64,000 nt of DNA. Source: Azolla caroliniana (Eukaryota > Plantae > Polypodiophyta). Below are positions 12,502-23,299 of the stretch, piece by piece (position 1 is the stretch's first letter; every line of letters begins with the position of its first letter). A program made the position numbers and the translations under genes. The stretch is taken from contig JBHGNT010000002.1 in NCBI GenBank assembly GCA_043228905.1, positions 18,910,001 through 18,974,000 of the forward strand, in the 5' to 3' direction. The notes below the pieces were generated by a model. It was given only the letters and a program-made list of their open reading frames with translations, had not been told where the DNA came from and searched no databases.

Positions 12502-14747
12502 TCATATGCCTTCTTCTTAGACAAGTATCCTACGAGGATACATTTCTCCGCTCGGGTCGAAGAAAACCACGTGAGTGAGTCGACTTCGTATTCGTGCATC
12601 TTATCTTTACCTTTGACCAAGGTCGTACCTGGTCGCAACGTGCTTGGAATGTGTGAAGGCTCGGGTGTGCTTGGATTGTCCTTTGGTAGAGGACTTGTCC
12701 GAATATCGTCCCCCGAGTTGACGTCCAACTCTTCCTCGGTCAGGTCGGGTGTAGCCAAATTGGTCTTATACCAAGATGCCGATTCGTCGAAGACTACGTC
12801 TCGACTCACCCAAACTGCTCGGGCCGAAGGGTTATAGCACTCATATGCCTTCTTCTTAGACGAGTATCCTACGAGGATACATTTCTCAGACTTCGCGTTG
12901 GGCTTGTGTCAGTTTTCGTTCAGGATGCATACATTCGCAATGCTTCCGAACACTTTGAGGTGCGACAGGATCGGCTTCCTTCCGACAAGGAGCTCGTATG
13001 GAGTTAACTCATGCACTCCATTGGTGGTGCACCAGTTCATGAGATAGACCGTCATGAATGCCGCTTCAGCCCAATAGTAGTTCGGCATGTGCTTCTCATG
13101 CATCATGGCACGTGCTACCTCGAGTATGTGTCGATTCTTTCTTTCGGCTACTCCATTTTTTTGTGGTGTGTGTCGGCATGAGAATTCTCTTCAAATGCCT
13201 TCACCTTGGAGGTAGGAGGTGAACTCGACAGAGAAGTACTCCTTGCCTCTATCCAATCGTAGGCATCGAATATGCCGACCGGTTTCTTTTTCGACTTGGC
13301 CCTTGAGCTTTTGAAAGTGGGAGAGCACTTCGCTCTTCTTCTTCATCGGAAAGATCTATGTGTAGCGGGAGTAGTCATCGATGAAGGTGACGTAGTATCG
13401 GCATCCGCCGATCGTTGGCGTTTGAACCAGTCCCCATACATCTGAGTACATGACGTCGAGGAGGCCTTTGCTTGCGTAGATCTTCTTCAGAAATGGAAGT
13501 CGATGTTGTTTGCCGAGTTGACACGCTTTACATACTCCATCGACTCATTTCGACTCGAATGTCAGAAGTCCGATAACGACTCCCTTTGTTGGCATAGCTC
13601 GGAGCCATTGGGGGTTGATGTGGCCGATTCTCTTGTGCCACAACTCGATGTTCATCTCGGTTTTAAGAGCTTTGGCATACATGGCCGATTTGACCTTGTT
13701 CGAATCGAGAATGAACATGCAACCGTCTCTCCGTCCCTTAGCTATGAGTCGGCCATCTTTCTCAATGAAGCATCCTTCGTTGTTAAAACGAACTTGCATG
13801 CCTTGCTCCACGATTTGGCTAACCGAGACCAAATTCTTTGTTATTGTGGGCATGTGCAAGTCATTCTTGATGCAATTATTTTGGTCGTCGTTGCTGATGT
13901 GCCGAATGGGATGTGTGGTGTTGTCTCTCGTCTCTATGAAGTCGGGTCAATCTGGCGTTCTTAGGTCATGAAACCACTCTTGGTGTAACGTCATATGATG
14001 TGAGGCGTCGGAGTCGACGAACCACACGTCTTCCGAGTTGGAGGTACTTGTAAAGTTCGCTCTATGTCTCATTATGAAGAGTCCACCGTAGTCATCGTAT
14101 TCGGAGTTGGTGGCGTAATTTCTGAGTTGTCAACTTGTCGAAGCCGACTCACTTCTCTATTTTCTTATACTCCTCTTCGCGGTGGCCGATTTTTTGGCAT
14201 GGAAGCTCCCTCTTCTTCCGAAGGTTCCTCGATGGCTTCCCGTTTTGTTTTCGAAGGTTTGAGTTACCTTCGTTCGATGGGTCGAATCGACCTCTTCTAC
14301 CACCTCGACCTCGTCCTCAGCCACCATCCGAATTCGAGAAGAACATTTGTCCTTCCGACATCTTGGTCTTGGTTCGGACGTGGTTCTCTTCGACCAATAG
14401 CATTGATTGAAGGTCGAAGAACGAATGAGTGTTTTCTCTTGCTAAGATTTTCATCCTTAACGAGTCGAATCGTTGTGCGAGGCTGCCCAAGCATACTTGA
14501 ACCATCTCATCTTCGTCGACGATTATGTTGATGGAGCCAAGCGAGTGGCAAATGCACTTGATCTTGGCGGTGTAGTCCGACATGGACATATCCTTTTGCT
14601 GAATGTTATTCAACTCTTGTCGGAGTTGAAGCTTTCAGACGGTTGTGTTGGTGATGAAAATTTTCTTTAAGTTCGCCCACGCTTGTTTAGGCGTCTTGGT
14701 GTCTCGAATGTGGCTAAGCATGTGGTCGTGGACACATGTTGCCAAGC

Positions 14748-15194
14748 TGTTAGGAATAGTACTAAAGCAGAGATGGAATTAGTACTAAAGAAGAGAAGTA
14801 CTATTAATACTAAGAGGACGGGACTGCGTAAGACTCTCGAGAGAGAGAGAAAGAGAGAAGAGAAAAGAGAGATAGCGAGGATGAGAGAGAGAGAGAGATG
14901 ATGATAACAACCAATATATTATGTGAAGGATAAGTACAAAATGGCTAAGAGTCTTAAGACTGGCGTTGAACCAATTTGGTTCAACATAATGCCTAGTGCC
15001 TTCTTTTATAGTGTTCTCAGGAGTAATCCTGAAGCTTCTAGAATGTTCCAAAGAAATCTAGAATATACATTAATTTCCTATAATAAAACTTAAATGAAAA
15101 TAATATCCTACGTATTACAATAGATGGTATAATGGTCAAGAGCTCTACCCATATAACATAAGGTTATGGGTTCGAGTCTTGCCATATCATGACA
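14748..15194 (-). repeat. 3' LTR of chromovirus E
   Basis: Direct repeat of 20139-20585; adjacent to the PPT. Confidence 0.96.
15118..15190 (+). promoter_or_regulatory. Degenerate tRNA-like Pol III A/B-box cassette inside the E LTR (second copy 20509-20581)
   Basis: A-box-like TGGTATAATGG at 15125-15135 and B-box GTTCGAGTC at 15170-15178, at canonical tRNA spacing (T8 to G53); cloverleaf stems degenerate. Confidence 0.55.
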
Positions 15195-18100
15195 CTATCT
15201 CCCCCTTAAGGCGATGAGTGGAACGAGTCGGCGCTGATTGCGAACCGGGTTTGTCCGGATACTTTCGATGGAACTTAGCAAGAAGATCCTGAGCATTGGC
15301 GACATGCTCGACGGGTTCCCAAGTACGTTCACTCAGACTATAGCCGAGCCAATCCCCCTTAAGGCGATGAGTGGAACGAGTCGGCGCTGATTGCGAACCG
15401 GGTTTGTCTGGATACTTTCGATGGAACTTAGCAAGAAGATCCTGAGCATTGGCGACATGCTCGACAGGTTCCCAAGTACGTTCACTCGGACTATAGCCAA
15501 GCCAGTCGACCAAATAATAAAGTTTGTTGCGAACAAATTTGGAGTCGAGGATGGCAGCAACTTCATACTCCAGGGCGGTGGTGGTGTAACACGATCGGGA
15601 AGAGTGTTTGCTTTATAAGGTTCAAGAAGAGAACTATGGAAGACCGGATGTATCCAAAGATGCGGAGGAAGATCAAGGCGGAACGTTACATCATTAACCT
15701 TACCGGTAATACGGAAAGGACCGAATCGGTGATAATCCAACTTGTCGCACGGTCGAGTAGTCTTGATGTGACGACGTAAAAGCCATACTCGATCTCCGAT
15801 GGCAAAAGAGGAGGGAAGCCAATGACGATCCGCGTAAGTCTTCTGTGTCTGTTGAGCATGACGAAGATGAGTAGAGAGATCCATCTGGATCTTGCGTAGT
15901 CTCTCCAAATGATCCCCGACACGAGGATTGGTAGGTAGCTCCGGGGTGTCGATCACCGACCAACGAGGATGAGAACCGGTATAAGCGTAGAATGGGGAGA
16001 CTCGAGTCGAGGAGTGAATAGCATTATTGTACGCAAACTCCGCAAAGTGGAGAATCTCGGCCCAATCGTCCTGTTGATAACTCAGGAAACACCAGAGATA
16101 TTGCTCCAGCATTTGGTTTGTTCGTTCCGCCTGCCCATCGGTCTGAGGATGGTAGCCGGAGGAGAGGTTGCAAGAGACCTTGAGCATCTTGAAGAGATGC
16201 TGCCAAAATTTGGAGACAAATTGCGGTCCTCAATCATTGATGATACTGTCTGGGAGGCCATGATGCCGAAATACCTCACGCATGACAAGGGCGGCAGTTT
16301 CCTCGCTAGTGATGGCCTTAGTACACGGCACAAATGTGCCATCTTCATATATCGATCGACGACGGTTAAGATAGCATTGAACCCCTTCGAGACCGGCAGA
16401 TCTGTGATAACATCAAGACAAATAGACTGCCACGGCTTACTTGGAATCGGTAAGGGTTCCAACAGGCCATATGGATGGTGTCGTGGCATCTTTGCTCGGC
16501 AGCAAGCATCACAGGTCCGAACGTAGTCGTCGACAAAACGTCGCATATGGGGCCACCAAAAGGATCGTTGAACTAGATCCAACGTCTTAGTGCTACCGAA
16601 ATGTCCCGCCATATGGGTGTCATGACAACTTTGGACGATTTGAAGGCGATAGGAGCAATCGGGGACATATACAAGCTTTTTAAAGAATAACAAACCATCA
16701 TGATATTCGAATTGTCGGTAGTCCATACTTGGTTGTTGAGATTGGGAACAGGATGCCCGAGAGGTATCAATGTCCGCCAGAATGTCTTGAGCAAAATTGT
16801 CTGTCTTCAAATTCGTACGTATGGTGTCTATAATCTGGGAATCCATTGGGGTGTGAAAAATCCGCGTTGTGTGCAATCGTGTTTGTCCCAAGATTACTTG
16901 CTTTTGATTATCGAACGTTGGATCACCAGGACAAGGTGCAAGATATGAACATCGTGATAGCGCATATGCTTTTCCTTGCTGCTTCCCCGGTCGATATGTG
17001 ATTTTGAAGTTGAAACGTGTGAGGAATTGAGCCCACCGAGCTTGCCGTCGATTTAGCACCCGAGCATTCTGGAAATAAGCAAGGTTTTTGTGATCACTAA
17101 AGACGATGACCTGATGTGGAGATCCCTCTAAGAAATGCCGCCATTGCACAAAGGAATCCACGATGGCTAGTAACTCCTTGTCATGTATTTCGTAGTTGAT
17201 TTCCGCGGCATCGAATTTGCGCGAATGGAAAGCCACAGGATGTAACTCTTCTTTATTTCCTTGTTGAGAAAGGATGCTACCGAGGGCGAAATCTGATGCG
17301 TCGGCCTCCATGATGAATGGTTTCTTTGTATCCACATCAGCTAGAATAGGAGCTGATGTAAAGGCTTTCTTAAGATGCCGAAAAGCCATGTCCGCTTCAT
17401 TGGACCAAAGAAATGCTTGTCCCTTCTTCATAAGTAGTGTAAAAGGTAAAATAATCTTCGAGTAATCCTGTATAAACTTGAGAAAGAAGTTAGCAAAACC
17501 TAGAAAACATAGTACATCTCGTACCGACCGTGGAATTTGCCACTCTAGCACAGTTTGGACTTTAGCTGGATCCATGGAGATGCCCTTTGAGGAGATGACA
17601 TAGCCTAGATATTCCACTTGCTTGTAGTCAAAGCTACATTTTTCTAGCTTCGCATAAAGACCATTCTCGCGGAGTCGTTTTAGTACTAATAGTACATGAG
17701 AATCGTGCTCTTCCTGAGTCTTTGAATAAATCAATAGATCATCCAGATGGATGATCAAACAGATATCCAAGAGGTCTTTGAATATATCATTTGCCATGTG
17801 TTGGAAGACTACGGGTGCATTGGTTAGATCGAACGGCATAATAGTATATTCGAAATGCCCATACCGCGTGCGAAAGGCGGTCTTCCATTCATCTCCCGGT
17901 CGGATCCGCACAAGGTTATACGCTCCTCGTAGATCGATCTTTGTAAAAAACTTGGCACCATTAACTCGCTCTAAAAGACATGATATAAGAGGAAGTTCAT
18001 ACCTATTACGGATGGTGACTTTATTTAAGCCGCAGTAATCAACGACGAGACAAAGTGAGCCATCTTTCTTCTTGACAAAGAAGATGGGTGCACTGGCCAG

Positions 18101-18910
18101 AGATTTTGAATGACGAATAAACCCGCTTGCCAAGTTCTCCTCTATGTAGACTCGACGGACTTCTAACTCGTTGGGGGACAAGTTATAAATGGGTCCCCAT
18201 GGTGGCTCTGCTCCCGGTTGTAGATCAATGGGACAATCATAGGGACGATGATGAGGAAGAGTATCGGCTTTTACCTTGTCAAATACATCGGCATAAGGAT
18301 GATATTTCGCTGGAAGTTGTACAGTAACTAAGGATTCCTCCTTAATAGTGCTGGAAGGATGTACTGATATTGCAAATAGTAACATTGCCTCCTTGTGTTC
18401 TTCTTCGCATAGTTGACGTAGTGAAATGGTCGAAACTCGATGAGTAGATTCTTGGGGCTATCGATGTTGGACTTTTCTTGTTCTCCAATCTATGTATGGA
18501 TTATGTAATTCAAACCAAGGTAATCCCAGGACAATGGGATGCTCTAGACTACTAATTATATTAAATGCTACTACACACACAAAACTACCTAGGACAACTT
18601 GAATGGGTCCTGACTCTTCTACAATATTCCCGGAAGCAATGGGACGACCATCAATGACTACTACAGATGCGAGGCAAGGAAGTTTTCTTAAGGGTATCTG
18701 AGAAGCTTGGGCAAAATTTCGATCCATAAAACAAGAATTAGCTCCGGAATCTAGAAGTGCTAGGACATGTACTGGGGGAGTACTTTTAGTACTAAGCATG
18801 ACTTGGGCTAGGAACACATTGCTAACTTGCTTGAAGGGAATGGAATCACTAATGGGCTGTACAGATCTAGGGTTGTCCAACCAAACGGCTCCTATTTTGG
18901 TTGTACTCAA
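15195..18910 (-). pseudogene. pol of chromovirus E (PR-RT-RH-INT-chromodomain), disrupted
   Basis: ORFs 18458..18910, 16082..18385, 15333..16187 and 15187..15513 in gypsy domain order, separated by stops/frameshifts. Confidence 0.92.
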
Positions 18911-19995
18911 TTGTTTAACTCTTCATCTAATTGACTAAGGATTTCAAATTTGTTTGAGATACTTGGGCTATTAGTATTATTAATACTATCAAACACTCTA
19001 TTAGTACTATTAATACTATCAGACACCCCTAAGGGAAGAATTGACTCGGGTTTAGTTTTAGGACAGGCTACAATTTGATTTGTTTGTCTTCTTGGCCTAT
19101 GGGGACAATTGATTGCGATATGCCCTGGTCCACCGCAATAAAGACATAATCGATTTGCACGTCGTCGTTGCTTTTCTTCAGACGATAACGGGCCGCGTCG
19201 ACACATGGTATCGATCTCCATCGGTGTCGAAGTATTTGCTTGAGGCATGTCTCGTGCAAACGGTTTAGCCGCGACTGAGGCGTAAGTGGGCTCCGGCCTA
19301 GAGCGTGGTATCTGTAATTGACGTTCCGAACGCCGTTCAAAAAGGCGGTTGTCACATCGAACCGCTCAACTGATTGCCTTCGTAAGAGACTTTGGTTCTT
19401 CGGGGAAAGTTAGAAGTAGATCTTTGACATCGTTTTGCAGGCCATAGCGAAACTGCTCCATTAGTGCTTGATCATCCCAGGGGATATCTGAAGCGAGTAG
19501 GCAAAAATCCGCCGCGTACGCACAGGCTGGACGATCGCCTTGACGCAATTGTCGGATCTTGTTGATCGTCGTCCTGATGTTGTCGGTGTCTCCAAAGCAG
19601 GCTTTAAACTCACTAATAAAATCTTCAAAGTTATTAAGCAAGGGCGATTGTTTTTCTAGAAGTGGAGCGAACCATGCTAAGACTGAACCGCTAAGCAACG
19701 TGCCTATTAAGCCGACTCGGGATGCATCATTGGGGTATCGGGAAGGATGCATTTGGATGACTAATCGTACCTGATTAAGGAATTCCCTGAATTGCGATCG
19801 CATTCCATCAAATTTCACAGGAAGTCCAATATTCGGCTCTTTATGAAATCCTTGGGGACTTGATCCTTGTTTTTGCAATGCCGCTTCGAGTTGTTGCACC
19901 CATAACGCTAACTCCCCATGTTGTTGCTGCATTTGTTGTTTTTCTAGAGCGATTTGTTGCAAATTCCCTATCAGCTGTTGGTTTTCTTGTTCCAA
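18907..19995 (-). pseudogene. gag of chromovirus E, disrupted
   Basis: ORFs 19366..19995 (Retrotrans_gag-like: LLSGSVLAWF, LRQG, FRYGL) and 18907..19248 (PMEID, CCHC knuckle). Confidence 0.9.
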
Positions 19996-20138
19996 GGCAA
20001 CAAATTTTTCTTTTAGGCACTGTAGCTCAGAGAAAACGGATTGATATTCTCAGGCGCTAACAATAGCCATAATATAGGGAAAAGGGTAGGAGGATGAGGG
20101 AGAACGACAAGTAGGCTTGAGAGCAAATTGGTTCAAAC

Positions 20139-20585
20139 TGTCAGGAATAGTACTAAAGCAGAGATGGAATTAGTACTAAAGAAGAGAAGTACTATTAGTA
20201 CTAAGAGGACGGGACTGCGTAAGACTCCCGAGAGAGAGAGAAAGAGAGAAGAGAAAAGAGAGATAGTGAGGATGAGAGAGAGAGAGAGATGATGATAACA
20301 GCCAATATATTATGTGAAGGATAAGTACAAAATGGCTAAGAGGCTTAAGACTGGCGTTGAACCAATTTGGTTCAACATAATGCCTAGTGCCTTCTTTTAT
20401 AGTGTTCTCAAGAGTAATCCTTAAGCTTCTAGAATGTTCCAGAGAAATCTAGAATATACATTAATTTCTTATAATAAAACTTAAATGAAAATAATATCCT
20501 ACGTATTACAATAGATGGTATAATGGTCAAGAGCTTGACCCATATAACATAAGGTTATGGGTTCGAGTATTACCATATCATGACA
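20139..20585 (-). repeat. 5' LTR of chromovirus E
   Basis: Direct repeat of 14748-15194; TATAAAAG on - at 20401-20394. Confidence 0.96.
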
Positions 20586-20776
20586 CGAGCTACCCATTTG
20601 TGTGTTCATGTTGATTAGTGTCTTCCCTTTTGTCTTTTCTTCCTTTGGTCACGTACACTTGTTACGTAACGGCACTACGATAGCCAATAGCCGGATTTTG
20701 TCATTGGCGTCTTGAACACATAATCATGGAGTCGGGTGGGCTTAGTGGATTTTCTAAACCACACGCTTTGATACCA

Positions 20777-21206
20777 TGTTAAGAATTAGGTAATTAAGCA
20801 AGGGTTAATTAGTACCTAATTATGTCATTAAGCTAAACGGAAGATTAAGTGATATGTGTGTGTATGTGTGTGAGAGGAAGAGAGAGAGGAAGTTAACACT
20901 ATGAACAACGAGACAAGATGGGGGATGATTAACTATATTAAAAGCATCATCAAATACAAAAATACCTACAATGATGTATATATAGATTTCATGTGCAAGG
21001 GTGCACATGTGTAAGGAGAATATAGGTACAAGGGTGTAAGTCCTATATTAAATGTACTTGGGAGTGGAGGATCTAGAATATCCCACTTAAGTACAAGGTC
21101 CTATTTAAGGCATTATAGTCAACACTTTTAACTACATTCTATCTAGGTAACTACTAAGTTACGTGGTTCTAACTAATTAACTATAGTTGAGCTTGATATC
21201 TCAACA
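20777..21206 (-). repeat. 5' LTR of copia D
   Basis: TG..CA termini, directly adjacent to an iMet-type PBS; partner LTR absent. Confidence 0.75.
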
Positions 21207-23016
21207 CCTCTTACCGCTCAATTGGCTTTCCAAATGCTTTTTGGATCCGAATTGCGGATGCCTATTGAATGTCTTCCGGCCAATCCGGTTCCTCATTCCT
21301 GATCTGGTTGTCCAACGCGTCCGATCCTGGAGGGAGTTGTTTCCCAATAGTTTGTGGCACTAGAAATGGAAAATCAATGATTACTTCTCTATGCAAATGC
21401 GAAAAAGGTTACGAGTCTTTGCATTATTGTGTGTGTGCTCTTTTGTTTAATATAGCCATGTGTGCATGTGCTTAGGTGTGTATATGTGTTTGTTTAAATT
21501 TTCCTTTTTTGGGAGGTGGGCCATGTTGGGCTAAAAGTCCCACTCTACCCATTTGTATCCTAGTGTGAACACTCCACTTGGAGTTAGGGCTTGTAATACA
21601 GTTCGGCTGGGAACTAATCCTTGTAATATAGTTTGGCGGGATTTCAAATATATTGTCTTTCTTGAGCTATAACTATGTAACTGTCTATCTCTCTCTCTCT
21701 ATACACATCTTCTTGATTGAACAATACACCATTCCACTCTTTACTTGATTCATGCTTGCTTGTTCCTACTAACAAGATCCATCTACACTTGCTTCCACTT
21801 AGTCAACCCTAGTCGACCAACAAACTACCTACAATAGACAACAAGCCATACTTTACGATATAGTTTGTTTAAATGCATCCTAAAGTATTGTTGAAAATCA
21901 AGGGTATTTGGAGAACATGAAACCCCAAGCCCATTGCTTTTCTTTGGGCCAGTTCTAGTTAGGGAGGGGGAGGGGGAGGGTTAAATAGTGCCCGTATAAT
22001 GAAATCTAGGCTCACCGTATAGAGTTTGTAAGGCTCAACATCGTGCATTTTTTGTTAGCTGCCAATTCCAATATACAATAACAACAATAATTGTTGTGTC
22101 AATGGAAGGGGCAAATGTTGCTCAACAACTCCCTAATATTGTTACTCATTCTTTCCGAGTTTTGATACTATAATCATTTACTTTTTCTCTTTGAATTTAG
22201 GACCAATACAAGCTTATACTTTGTCTCACCTTTCAAGTTCTATAGAAATAGACTAATGCCCAAATTGGCAATCAAAAATCAAGAACTCATGATAAGGCTC
22301 CAAGAGGACCATTTTGTGGTATACGTTGTGGATTTGAAAGGGCGTGAGGAGGTTGAGTAAGAAATCTACCCATTCTATAAAACAAAAAAGTTGCCTATTG
22401 TAGGAAAAAATCCATTCTATTGTGTGTTGCCTAAACAGACCGTAATAGAGTCAAAGTAGTGTCAAGGTCAAATATGAACGTGTACTCCCAACTTCGATAT
22501 TAACGATGCCCTTTGTAAAAGTCTCATGATCTCCATCAAACGTTACTAGTCTTGATATTCTTAAGAGATATATTGTCTTGCTTATGCACAAAACTATTAG
22601 AAAAATTAGGACTGACACTCCTTTTGATCTAGAGCTCATATTACAATACAAAGTTCTTAATGTAAGATTTGTGTGCTAACAACAATAAAAACAATGGTTA
22701 TTTTATGCTCCACTATATTGTACAAATAACAAAGTTTTCATCGGTAACTATAATATAAAATTGAGCATTCCGTAAGTCACTAGAAAACTTTAATTGGAGA
22801 GACGATTTCAACATGGTTTTTGTCGTTGAGTTAGTAGAGTAAAACTACACGTGTCAAGTAAAGCCTGATCAGAATTTATTCTTTTTTTATTGGAGATTAA
22901 AACAATGACCTCAACTAAAGTCATTAACCATACTACATTTGAGAACCATAAAAATTAATACGCAAAAGAGCACAACCTTGTGAACTCAAATTAATATTTG
23001 TAGGGAAAAGAAACAA

Positions 23017-23299
23017 GGGAAAAGTACCAAGATACCCCTGGAAGTTCCAAATTTACCAAACTACCCCTATGTCCAAAAAAATACACTTTATAAAGTAAGT
23101 ACAAAGGACCCAAAGAATCTCTTAAGTAAAGAAATGTGTGTTTTAAAGGTATTCTGGTAAATAGGGCTTGTAGATTTGAGTGTATAATTACTTTATAAAG
23201 TGTATTTTTTTGGACATAGGGGTAGTTTGGTAAATTTGGAACTTCCAGGGGCATTCTGGTAAATAGACGAACTTCCAGGGGTATCCTTGTACTTTTCCC
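23017..23299. mobile_element. Mutator-like MITE (283 bp)
   Basis: Long TIRs GGGAAAAGTAC...GTACTTTTCCC with about 80 bp of inverted identity; 9-bp TSD AAGAAACAA at 23008-23016 and 23300-23308. Confidence 0.93.

Larger units (their letters stand above)
14748..20585 (-). mobile_element. Ty3/gypsy chromovirus E (Tcn1 / Tf1-sushi-like), both LTRs present, nested in the gag of D
   Basis: 447-bp LTRs at 14748-15194 and 20139-20585; flanks CAAGC/CGAGC; gag (19366..19995, then CLYCGGPGHIAINC), protease LLDSGA, RT (KIDLRGAYN, HLDDLL), RNase H (ADASDFALG), integrase (HH..C, GQAERTNQ, GPF) and chromodomain (VDWLGYSPSERTWEP); PPT AAGGGGGAGATAG. Confidence 0.97.
12497..21206 (-). mobile_element. Ty1/copia element D (5' LTR, PBS, gag, protease, integrase; 3' part lost; interrupted by E)
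   Basis: LTR 20777-21206 (TGTTAAG..CTCAACA); PBS TGGTATCAAAGC (- strand, 20765-20776); gag ORF 14317..14613; LWHKRIGHIN; YWAEAA; KCILVGY..SRDVVFDE. Confidence 0.88.

Noticed and set aside
15118-15190. Functional tRNA-Met gene
   Set aside because: Acceptor, D and anticodon stems do not pair properly; kept only as a tRNA-like A/B-box cassette
18900-18925. Programmed -1 frameshift between gag and pol of E
   Set aside because: The frames overlap, but GTTAAAC is not a canonical XXXYYYZ heptamer and the copy is decayed
21207-21773. Possible LTR remnant ending ..CTACTAACA
   Set aside because: No partner LTR, PBS or TSD within the window
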